Assembly (NCBI GenBank): GCA_031269535.1
Contig: JAISZA010000039.1
Location: forward strand, 12,072-36,071
Source: Tannerellaceae bacterium
Lineage (GTDB): Bacteria > Bacteroidota > Bacteroidia > Bacteroidales > Tannerellaceae
Direction of reading: 5' to 3'
DNA: 24,000 bases
Shown: piece by piece, positions 1-8,155 of the stretch
How the letters are laid out: the number at the start of each line of letters is the position of its first letter
Numbering within the stretch: the stretch's first letter is position 1
The notes under the pieces: generated by a model
What the model was told of the DNA's origin: nothing
What the model saw: only the letters and a program-made list of their open reading frames with translations
The model's database searches: none
Made by a program: the position numbers and the translations under genes

Positions 1-972
1 CATGACAAAGGCTTGAAGTTCGGTATCCATATCATGCGGGGAATACCCAAAGAAGCAGTTGCCGGGAAGTTACCCATATTGGGTGCCAAAGGCGTCACTG
101 CCGACCAGATATATAGCACCGAACTGCAATGCCCTTGGTTGCGCGACAATTATACGATTGTCGCCGACAAGCCCGGTGCACAGGAATATTACAACTCTAT
201 CTTCGATATGTATGCCGCGTGGGGTGTCGATTTCATAAAGATCGACGACCTGAGCAAGCCCTATCACAAGGGAGAGATCGAATTGATCCGCAGGGCAATC
301 GACCAATGCGGGCGCCCGATCGTATTAAGCCTTTCACCGGGAGAAACACCGGTGGAAGAAGCCCGGCATGTGATACAGCATGCGAATATGTGGCGCATGG
401 TGGACGATGTATGGGATTTGTGGAGGGATGTGAAACACCTGCTCAACGTCGCCCCAAAGTGGTATCCGTATATCGCTCCCGGAACCTGGCCGGATTGTGA
501 TATGATCCCGCTGGGACGTATCTCTATCCGCGGCGAAAGAGGGCCGGATCGGCTGTGCCGGCTGAGTAAGGACGAACAGTATGCGTTGATGACCCTGTTC
601 ACTATCTTCCGTTCACCCCTCATGTTCGGAGGCGACCTGCCAAGCAATGATAAGTTTACCCTTTCATTGCTGACCAATAAGGAAGTGCTCCGCATGCACC
701 GGGAAGGGACCAACGTGAGGCAACTGTTTCAGGATGAACAAAAAGTGGCTATCACCTCACGCAACTCGCATACGCACGAAGTGTATCTGGCGCTATTCAA
801 TATCGCCGACGGGAACGAGGTGGATATGGAAGTGAACCTGAAAGACTTGGGCCTGAATGGTGATTGTGAAGTGATGGATATGTGGACGGGAGAGAGTCTG
901 GAAACTGTCGCGAATGCTTTTGCCCGGAAACTTCCGCCTCATGCCTCCGGTTTGTATAAATTCAAACAATAA
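1..972 (+). CDS. GH27-like glycoside hydrolase (alpha-galactosidase / beta-L-arabinopyranosidase type); C-terminal part only, the 5' end lies upstream of the window
   Basis: Frame 1 is open from base 1 (HDKGLKFGIH...), so the ORF-track Met at 13 is internal. GLKFGIH, WGVDFIKIDD (nucleophile-Asp region) and PDCDMIPLG (acid/base region) resemble the melibiase/GH27 TIM barrel. Stop TAA at 970-972, 7 nt before the next gene. Confidence 0.75.
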   Translation, partial: HDKGLKFGIHIMRGIPKEAVAGKLPILGAKGVTADQIYSTELQCPWLRDNYTIVADKPGAQEYYNSIFDMYAAWGVDFIKIDDLSKPYHKGEIELIRRAIDQCGRPIVLSLSPGETPVEEARHVIQHANMWRMVDDVWDLWRDVKHLLNVAPKWYPYIAPGTWPDCDMIPLGRISIRGERGPDRLCRLSKDEQYALMTLFTIFRSPLMFGGDLPSNDKFTLSLLTNKEVLRMHREGTNVRQLFQDEQKVAITSRNSHTHEVYLALFNIADGNEVDMEVNLKDLGLNGDCEVMDMWTGESLETVANAFARKLPPHASGLYKFKQ

Positions 973-979
973 CATTCTT

Positions 980-2938
980 ATGAAGAATTATATTATATCG
1001 TTTTTGCTGCTTCCGGCTGTCTTTGCCGGAGCGCAAAACGTTATCGTTTCTTCTCCTGATGGCAAGATTCGGATGGAAGTTCATTACGGGAATGAACTAT
1101 CCTACTCCGTCGCTTATAATGGTAAGTCCTTAATTCATAACTCTCCGATGGGTTTTGAATTGAAAGACGAAGAACCAATGGGACGGAACTTATCCCTTCT
1201 GAATGAAGCGAGAGTCTCCGCGCAAAACGAATCCTGGATACCGGTCGTACAGAACAAACATGCAAAGATCAGCCTCCATTGGAATGAAGCCATGTTAAGA
1301 CTCAGGGAGACCACCAGCGACCTACGGAAAATGAATCTCTACGTCCGTGTGTACGACAATGGGGTCGCTTTCCGTTACCAACTGTTTGGCGCCCGTAAGA
1401 CAGGAGACCGCCAAATCACCCGAGAGTTGACAGGTTTCTCCGTGCCGGACACTTCCATCGCTTGGGTGGCGGAATATAAACCCCATTACACTTCCTCGCA
1501 GGAGACAGAGTTTGTAATGAAGCAGGTAACTGAAGTGACTTCTTCCACGGTTGCCGGCATACCTTTCCTGATCGAAGTGGACAAGGAAAACTATCTGGCG
1601 GTGACGGAAGCCCACATCGACAACTATCCCGGTTTCTACATGGGAGCAACCGACGTAGATGCAAAGGGGCAGAAGATGCTCACTACCAAACTCTCACCGC
1701 TTCCGGGAGAGAAGGAAGAGGGAGTGAAAGCACGCTTTTCAGAAGACATCCGAACTCCCTGGCGGGTCATTATGATTGGAGAGCATCCGGGCAAATTCAT
1801 CGAATCGGAGATTATCCATGGGCTGAATCCTCCCTGTGCAATCGAAGAGCCTTCCTGGATCAAACCCGGCTTATGTGCCTGGGATCACTGGTGGAGCGGA
1901 GAAGTAAAGATGGAAATGGATGTAATTAAAGAATATATCGACTTCGCAGCCGTGCAGGGATGGCCCTATATGTTGATCGACTGGCAATGGTACGGACCGT
2001 TCAACCGTCCTGAAGCCGACATCACCCAACCGGCTCCGCAACTGAATATGGCGGAGATTATGGCGTATGCACGTTCGAAAAACGTACGTTGCTGGTTGTG
2101 GTTGTACAACACGGATGTGAACAAGAATGATGCATACAAAGAGGCTTTTGCCCTTTATGAAAAATGGGGTGTGGCCGGTATCAAGATCGACTTTATGGAT
2201 CGTGACGATCAGGAGATGGTGAACTGGTATCGCAGGATCATCAAAAAAGCAGCAGAGCATAAGCTGATGGTCGACTTTCATGGTGCTTATAAGCCGGACG
2301 GTATAGATCGTACCTATCCCAATATGATCACCCGTGAAGGAGTGTTGGGTGAAGAATATGCTAAATTTTCCGACCGGGTCTGGCCCGAACACAACGTGAC
2401 GCTTGCTTTCACGCGTATGCTTGCCGGGCAGATGGACTATACGCCGGGAGGTTTCCTGAACGTGGCGCCTGAAGATTTCAAACAGCAGTGCCCAACACTG
2501 GTGGCAAACACCCGTTGCGCGGAACTGTCAAAGTTTGTGATCTACGATAGCCCATTGACTGTCGTTTGCGACCATCCCAGGCATATCCTTGGAGAACCGG
2601 GCGCCGATTTCCTGAAAGTCGTGCCTGTCACCTGGGACGACATCCGCTTCCTGCAGGGATATCCCGGAGCGTATATCGCGTTGGCGAAACGCTCCGGCAA
2701 CCAATGGTACATAGGCGTGATGAACAACAGCCAGCAACGTACGATCACGATCGATGTTTCTTTCCTTCCGGAAGGTAAGTATGAATTGGAGTATTGGGAA
2801 GATGGTAAAAAAGCAAATGAAATACCCACTCAGTTGCAAAAGAAGAAGAAAAGCATAAAAAGTGGGGAGCGTTTGACCATTAAAATGGCAAAAGGAGGCG
2901 GATTTGTCGGCATCTTCACCCCAATTGATATTCCATAG
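980..2938 (+). CDS. Glycoside hydrolase family 97 (SusB-like; alpha-glucosidase/alpha-galactosidase/beta-L-arabinopyranosidase family)
   Basis: ATG at 980 begins a signal peptide, MKNYIISFLLLPAVFAGAQN; the ORF-track start at 914 overlaps the upstream gene. Motifs SPDGKIRMEVHYGNELSYSV, WDHWW, GIKIDFMDRDDQEMVNWY, DFHGAYKPDG and TREGVLGEEY are typical of GH97. Stop TAG at 2936-2938. Confidence 0.85.
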   Translation: MKNYIISFLLLPAVFAGAQNVIVSSPDGKIRMEVHYGNELSYSVAYNGKSLIHNSPMGFELKDEEPMGRNLSLLNEARVSAQNESWIPVVQNKHAKISLHWNEAMLRLRETTSDLRKMNLYVRVYDNGVAFRYQLFGARKTGDRQITRELTGFSVPDTSIAWVAEYKPHYTSSQETEFVMKQVTEVTSSTVAGIPFLIEVDKENYLAVTEAHIDNYPGFYMGATDVDAKGQKMLTTKLSPLPGEKEEGVKARFSEDIRTPWRVIMIGEHPGKFIESEIIHGLNPPCAIEEPSWIKPGLCAWDHWWSGEVKMEMDVIKEYIDFAAVQGWPYMLIDWQWYGPFNRPEADITQPAPQLNMAEIMAYARSKNVRCWLWLYNTDVNKNDAYKEAFALYEKWGVAGIKIDFMDRDDQEMVNWYRRIIKKAAEHKLMVDFHGAYKPDGIDRTYPNMITREGVLGEEYAKFSDRVWPEHNVTLAFTRMLAGQMDYTPGGFLNVAPEDFKQQCPTLVANTRCAELSKFVIYDSPLTVVCDHPRHILGEPGADFLKVVPVTWDDIRFLQGYPGAYIALAKRSGNQWYIGVMNNSQQRTITIDVSFLPEGKYELEYWEDGKKANEIPTQLQKKKKSIKSGERLTIKMAKGGGFVGIFTPIDIP

Positions 2939-2977
2939 AAATAGATCAACCAAGAGATTCCAATGTGTCGTCCTCCT

Positions 2978-3050
2978 GCTCCCGTCCGAAAAAAATTCGC
3001 TCCCGTCCGGGATAAATTTGCTCCCGTCCGGGAATAAACCGGACGGGAGC
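2978..3050 (+). repeat. Three head-to-tail 21-bp direct repeats (GCTCCCGTCCG + A/T-rich spacer) ending in a perfect 12-bp/7-nt-loop hairpin
   Basis: Copies start at 2978, 2999 and 3020. The reverse-complement arm CCGGACGGGAGC lies at 3039-3050. The stem pairs 3020-3031 with 3039-3050 around loop GAATAAA. No T-tract follows the stem. Confidence 0.9.
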
Positions 3051-3066
3051 AGTAACCGTCCTGCAC

Positions 3067-3130
3067 GCAGGATGGAACCATTTCTCTTTCATTCAAACGC
3101 TGTCGCGGAATATCCGGCAGGATGCAACCA
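3067..3130 (+). promoter_or_regulatory. Candidate operator: 14-bp direct repeat pair upstream of susC
   Basis: GCAGGATGGAACCA (3067-3080) and GCAGGATGCAACCA (3117-3130) match at 13/14 positions in the same orientation, 50 bp start to start. They sit 86-149 bp upstream of the susC ATG. Confidence 0.3.
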
Positions 3131-3180
3131 AATATCCAACAAATGGGACGCATTGTCCATACCGGAAGCGCCGCACGTCC

Positions 3181-3188
3181 TACTTTTG
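3181..3188 (+). promoter_or_regulatory. Candidate Bacteroides -7 promoter element for the susC/susD operon
   Basis: TACTTTTG matches the Bacteroides TAnnTTTG -7 consensus exactly, 28 nt upstream of the susC ATG at 3216. No well-spaced -33 TTTG was found. Confidence 0.4.
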
Positions 3189-3215
3189 CCGGAAACTTTT
3201 AATATCGTATATATC

Positions 3216-6200
3216 ATGAGAAAAGTTAACTTAAATTTATTACAGTGGCGTTTTACTATTCTGCTGCTATGTTTATGTATGTATTCTGCCCTTGGATATG
3301 CGCAGAATAATGTGAGGGTATCCGGTACGGTTACCGATAACAACGGTGAACCGCTGATCGGGGTAAGTATTGTTGTCAAAAGCACGATTGCGACGGGGAC
3401 TATAACCGATACCGACGGGAAGTTCTCGTTACCCAATGTGCCTCCGGATGCCGTATTGGTGGTAAGCTACATCGGGTATGTAACCCGGGAAGTGCCGGTG
3501 AACGGGCAAAGCGTACTGAATATCTCGCTTGCCGAAGACGTCCGGGCGCTGGAAGAGGTAGTGGTTGTCGGCTATGGAACGCAGAAGAAATCGGACGTGA
3601 CCGGCTCCGTAACTTCCGTCCCGAAGGATCGCTTCTCGAAGCTCCCCGTAGCGAATGTCTTACAGGCCATACAGGGCGTGGCGGCGGGGGTGAACATCAC
3701 GCAGGCGTCGTCTGTTCCCGGTGATGCGCCAACCGCCTCGATCCGCGGACGCAACTCCATCAATGCCTCGTCGGAACCCTATATTGTAGTCGATGGCGTG
3801 CCGCTGAGCAAAACCGACGGTTCGCTCAACGACATCAATCCCAACGATATTGAGTCGATGGAAATTCTGAAGGATGCCTCCGCCGTAGCCATCTACGGGA
3901 CAAACGGAGCCAATGGCGTCATTCTGATCACCACCAAACGCGGGACGACGGGTAAACCGGTCATCCGCTACAGTGGCTATGCCGGCGTGGAAGGAATCGC
4001 CCACATCCTCGAACCCGGATCGCCCGAACAAATCCTCGAACGCTATGCCGAATACGCACGCATACAGCAGTCCAGCCTCTACGACGGCGGCCCCATCCGC
4101 TATCAGAACGAAGCTGCCAACTACGCGGCCGGGAATACGGTCGATTGGATCGACGCCGTCACACAGACGGGAGTCATTCAAGACCACAACATAAGCATTT
4201 CGGGCGGTTCGGAGTATGCGAGATACTACATATCGGGCGATTTTATGAATCAGAAAGGCGTGGTGAAGGGATACGACTATAAACGCTACTCCATCCGTAC
4301 CAATCTGGATATAAATGCCACGAAGTATCTGACCGTGGGTGTCAACTCGTTTACCTCGGCGCACAATCGCGACGGCGGGCGAGCCAACCTGCTCAACGCC
4401 GCCGCCATGAGTCCATATGCCAAAATGTATGAGGAAGACGGTTCGCTCACACGCTACCCCATGTATTCCGAAACACTCTGGGCGAATCCTTTGCTCCCCA
4501 CGACGCTGACTCCCGAACGCCGGCAGTTCAACGTCAGTATAAACGGTTATGCCGACCTGGCTTTCGGCCAGATATGGAAGCCCTTAGACGGATTGAAATA
4601 CAAGCTGAACGTGGGCTATACCTACGTCCCCTACCGTACCAATGAGTACGAGGGTAAAACGGTTTACAACGAAACCGGCTGGGGCAAGCTGCTCAATCGC
4701 GAATCGCAGACCTATACAATCGAGCACATCCTTTCCTATGCCCGCGATTTCGGCCTGCATCATCTCGACCTGACCGGCCTCTATGCCGCCAAGAGCAAAT
4801 ATTACCAGGAAGCCGTCAGCGAAGGCAGCATCTTCCCTAACGACGACCTCGGCTGGGGTAAGTTGGGTGCCGCCGCCACGCACGTGGTCTCGTCTTATGC
4901 CGACCTTTACCGGATGCTTTCGCAAATGGGGCGCGTGAATTATTCCTTCGACAGCCGTTACCTCTTCACCTTTACCGTGCGTCGCGACGGTTCGTCGGTA
5001 TTCGGCGCCAACAACAAATACGGCGTCTTCCCCTCGGTAGCTGCCGGCTGGAACATCGCCCGCGAAGCCTTCATGCAGCCCGCTACCGACGTATTGAACA
5101 ACCTGAAGCTGCGCGTCTCGTACGGTAAATCGGGCAACGAAGCCATCGGCGTTTATCAGAGCCTTACCAAAATGGACTCGAACACCCTGGCAATGGGCGG
5201 CCAGTCGAAGACCTCCCTCAAGTCGCAAACCTCGATGGGTAATAACGACCTGACATGGGAGACAACGACCAGCTTCAATACCGGTATTGACTTTGGCTTG
5301 TGGAACAACCGCCTTAACGGTACGCTCGACGTTTACCGCTCCAACACTTCCGGATTGCTGCTCAAACGCAATTTGCCCTGGGCAACCGGTTATGAAAACG
5401 TGTGGTCGAACATCGGTGAAACGGCCAATAAAGGAGTCGAACTGACCGTCAATTCCAAGAACATCGTAACAAAAGACTTCACCTGGGGCACTTCCCTCGT
5501 TTTCTCGCACAATACAAACGAGATTACCGAACTCTACGGCGACGGGCTTGACGACCTGGGGAACCGCTGGTTCATCGGTCATCCCATCGGTGTCATCTAC
5601 GATTACACCAAGGTGGGCATCTGGCAGGAAGACGAGATCGCCGCCGGACTGCACAAAGGCTGGGACGATACGGCGCTGGCCGGCGACCTGAAACTGGCCG
5701 ACCTCAGTGGCCCCGAGGGTGTGCCGGACGGTAAGATTGACGACAACGACCGCAGTATCCTGGGGCAAACGATTCCGAAATGGACCGGAGGGCTGACCAA
5801 TACATTCGCGTACAGAGATTTCTCGCTGAGCATATTTATCAACACCGTACAGGGCGCCATGCGTAACAATGCCCAGATAGGCACAGCATCCGACGAACTC
5901 GGACGACGCAACGGCCCTGCTGAAATAGGCTACTGGACACCCGAAAACAGAAGCAACGAATGGCGCTCGCTGGGCAACCACTCCAACAGTCATGGCTACG
6001 GATTCCCCTCGGATGCGAGCTTTACCCGTATCAAAGATATCACCCTCTCGTACACGCTGCCTGCCGTTGCGATAAGCAAAATAGGCATCAGCGGGTTGCA
6101 GTTTTACCTTAGCGGGCGCAACCTCTACACCTTTACCGGCTGGCTTGGCTGGGATCCCGAAGCCCGCGACATCACACGCGGATCGGAAAACTGGAATATT

Positions 6201-6251
6201 AATTACCCCGTTACCCGGAGCTTTATTTTCGGAATAAACATCACCTTGTAA
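3216..6251 (+). CDS. susC: SusC/RagA-family TonB-dependent outer-membrane glycan transporter
   Basis: The start MRKVNLNLLQWRFTILLLCLCMYSALGYAQ is a signal peptide. It is followed by a CarbopepD_reg-like domain (VSGTVTDNNGEPLIGVSIVVK...GKFSL), a TonB-box-like EEVVVVGYGTQKK, the plug (IESMEILKDASAVAIYGTNGANGVILITTKRG) and a long beta-barrel ending FGINITL. There is no N-terminal STN extension. The susD gene follows after 12 nt. Confidence 0.93.
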   Translation: MRKVNLNLLQWRFTILLLCLCMYSALGYAQNNVRVSGTVTDNNGEPLIGVSIVVKSTIATGTITDTDGKFSLPNVPPDAVLVVSYIGYVTREVPVNGQSVLNISLAEDVRALEEVVVVGYGTQKKSDVTGSVTSVPKDRFSKLPVANVLQAIQGVAAGVNITQASSVPGDAPTASIRGRNSINASSEPYIVVDGVPLSKTDGSLNDINPNDIESMEILKDASAVAIYGTNGANGVILITTKRGTTGKPVIRYSGYAGVEGIAHILEPGSPEQILERYAEYARIQQSSLYDGGPIRYQNEAANYAAGNTVDWIDAVTQTGVIQDHNISISGGSEYARYYISGDFMNQKGVVKGYDYKRYSIRTNLDINATKYLTVGVNSFTSAHNRDGGRANLLNAAAMSPYAKMYEEDGSLTRYPMYSETLWANPLLPTTLTPERRQFNVSINGYADLAFGQIWKPLDGLKYKLNVGYTYVPYRTNEYEGKTVYNETGWGKLLNRESQTYTIEHILSYARDFGLHHLDLTGLYAAKSKYYQEAVSEGSIFPNDDLGWGKLGAAATHVVSSYADLYRMLSQMGRVNYSFDSRYLFTFTVRRDGSSVFGANNKYGVFPSVAAGWNIAREAFMQPATDVLNNLKLRVSYGKSGNEAIGVYQSLTKMDSNTLAMGGQSKTSLKSQTSMGNNDLTWETTTSFNTGIDFGLWNNRLNGTLDVYRSNTSGLLLKRNLPWATGYENVWSNIGETANKGVELTVNSKNIVTKDFTWGTSLVFSHNTNEITELYGDGLDDLGNRWFIGHPIGVIYDYTKVGIWQEDEIAAGLHKGWDDTALAGDLKLADLSGPEGVPDGKIDDNDRSILGQTIPKWTGGLTNTFAYRDFSLSIFINTVQGAMRNNAQIGTASDELGRRNGPAEIGYWTPENRSNEWRSLGNHSNSHGYGFPSDASFTRIKDITLSYTLPAVAISKIGISGLQFYLSGRNLYTFTGWLGWDPEARDITRGSENWNINYPVTRSFIFGINITL

Positions 6252-6263
6252 AAACAGAAGATC

Positions 6264-7976
6264 ATGAAACAGACAAAATACATGCCGCTGATGGCTGCCG
6301 CCATCCTGTCGATAGCCGCGCTTTCCTGCAAGGATAGCTACCTGGACGAAGACCCCTATTCGTATTACAGCGCAGGACACACTGATCCCAGCACCATCGA
6401 GGCGCAGGTGATAGGGCTTCACCGCACATACGCCGAACTTTGGGGATGGAGCGGTCAGCAGGGATTTCTCTCCTGCTGGCAGATCGGTACCGATATCACC
6501 TCCGCCGGAGCAACGCAGGGCGTGGAAAACCCGTTCTATCAATACGCCAACCTCAATGCCGAGAATGCCGGCGCACAATACCTCTGGCGCAAATGCTATG
6601 ACTTTGTGAACCACGCCAACATCATCATATCTGCCCTGGGAGAAGACAACAACAAACCGGCTGTAGCCGAGGCTAAATTCTTTCGTGCATACGCCTACAA
6701 TACCCTGGTAACGCTCTGGGGCGACGTACCGCTGATCGAGGAAGCCATCACCGTGCCGCGTACCGACCTGACCCGCCAGCCGGTAGCCGAAGTGGACGCC
6801 CTGATCGAGGAAGACCTCACCTATGCCATTGACAACCTGCCCGAAGTGGGCGCCGCTGCCAACGAAAGCCGTATCAACAAAGATATGGCGCGGCAACTGG
6901 CCGCCGAAGCCTACCTGCGCATCGGAATGAGGGACAACAGCTATTATGCGAAAGCCGAACAAGCTGCAACCGACATCATCGGTAGCGGTAAATACGCCCT
7001 CGTGGAAGCCCGTTACGGCAAATACCTCGGTGAAGGCGGCGATTACTATCGCGACATGTTCCGCTTCGGCAACCAGCGCCGCTCGCAGGGAAATACGGAA
7101 GCTATCTGGACATTCGAAATGGAATACAACCGCGATGTAACGGGCGGTACGATAGACAACCCACAGCACCGCCGCGTATGGCAACCCGCCTATCATAAAT
7201 GGGACGGCATGGTGAATGCCGATTCGCTGGGAGGCCGGGGCAACGGACGCCTGCGCCTGAGCAACTTCATGAAATACACCGTGTGGAACGGCTTGCAGGG
7301 CGACATCCGCAACAGCAACTATAACATCCGCCGCTATACGCACTACAACCGTCCCGATTTCAGTGCCGAGATAGGCATCGACGCCAAAGGCTTCCGCGTA
7401 GCCAAAGATGCTGAGGCGGCCGTACGGGTTGTTACCGTAAAGACCGGCGACCTCGCCATCCCATACGAGGCCGACAGCCTCGAAGTATGGTATCCTTATC
7501 CTACCAAATGGGGCGGCTACGATCCGACCGACGACTTCGGGTATGCGATTGTAAAAGACTGGTCTGTGATGCGTCTGAGCGAAACCTATCTGCTGCGCGC
7601 CGAAGCCCGTTTCAGGCAAAACAACCTGCAGGGCGCTGCCGCCGACATCAACATACTCCGCAACCGCGCCTTCAAAGACGCCCGCGCAGCAAGCGGCAAC
7701 GCCTCGCTGGGTAGTGTCGGCGCAGGAGACATCACGATTGATTTTATCCTCGACGAACGCGCCCGCGAACTGATAGGCGAAGAGAACCGGCGCATGACGC
7801 TTGCCCGTACCGGCAAACTCAAAGACCGCATCGCCCTGAACGGCGACGCATCGCCTTCGGAAAAGATAATAACGGGCTTTCAGGACTACAACGCCCTGCT
7901 GCCCATCCCGCTGACCGAAATCCGTCTGAACAAGGATGCCGACTTGCGGCAAAATCCTGGATACGAAGTGGATTGA
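6264..7976 (+). CDS. susD: SusD/RagB-family outer-membrane glycan-binding lipoprotein
   Basis: Lipoprotein signal MKQTKYMPLMAAAILSIAALSC. TPR-like SusD motifs are present (FFRAYAYNTLVTLWGDVPL, RLSETYLLRAEA, ILDERARELIGEENRRMTLAR, LPIPLTEI). The gene lies directly downstream of susC. Stop TGA at 7974-7976. Confidence 0.9.
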   Translation: MKQTKYMPLMAAAILSIAALSCKDSYLDEDPYSYYSAGHTDPSTIEAQVIGLHRTYAELWGWSGQQGFLSCWQIGTDITSAGATQGVENPFYQYANLNAENAGAQYLWRKCYDFVNHANIIISALGEDNNKPAVAEAKFFRAYAYNTLVTLWGDVPLIEEAITVPRTDLTRQPVAEVDALIEEDLTYAIDNLPEVGAAANESRINKDMARQLAAEAYLRIGMRDNSYYAKAEQAATDIIGSGKYALVEARYGKYLGEGGDYYRDMFRFGNQRRSQGNTEAIWTFEMEYNRDVTGGTIDNPQHRRVWQPAYHKWDGMVNADSLGGRGNGRLRLSNFMKYTVWNGLQGDIRNSNYNIRRYTHYNRPDFSAEIGIDAKGFRVAKDAEAAVRVVTVKTGDLAIPYEADSLEVWYPYPTKWGGYDPTDDFGYAIVKDWSVMRLSETYLLRAEARFRQNNLQGAAADINILRNRAFKDARAASGNASLGSVGAGDITIDFILDERARELIGEENRRMTLARTGKLKDRIALNGDASPSEKIITGFQDYNALLPIPLTEIRLNKDADLRQNPGYEVD

Positions 7977-8155
7977 TTTATATAGTATGATGTCAATCCA
8001 ATTTTTACGAATGGAATTGTTTCTGGTTATCAAGTGTGACGAAGAAAAGGGAAGGATTGCCTGTCAGTAAGGGCAGTCTTTCCCGGACTTCGTTTCAAAT
8101 ATTGATTTACACACACAAAAAAACAGTATCTTTACCGGACAGTAAATATTTTTCA

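Noticed and set aside
914-979. N-terminal extensions offered by the ORF track (914 for GH97, 2904 for susC, 9757 for GH105-GH51, 23078 for the sulfatase, 8036 for the ATPase)
   Set aside because: In each case an internal Met immediately begins a canonical signal peptide or conserved N terminus. The extension overlaps the upstream gene or runs through intergenic repeats.
4584-8033. 1149-aa ORF on the minus strand spanning most of susC and all of susD
   Set aside because: It lies antisense to two confidently recognised genes. Its composition is low-complexity and rich in Ala, Gly, Val and Arg, with no recognisable motifs. It has no signal peptide or start context. It is best explained as a stop-free antisense frame caused by codon bias.
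8049-8084. Imperfect hairpin GGGAAGGATTGCC...GGCAGTCTTTCCC downstream of susD as a terminator
   Set aside because: The stem is interrupted by mismatches and no T-tract follows. The evidence is insufficient for a terminator call.
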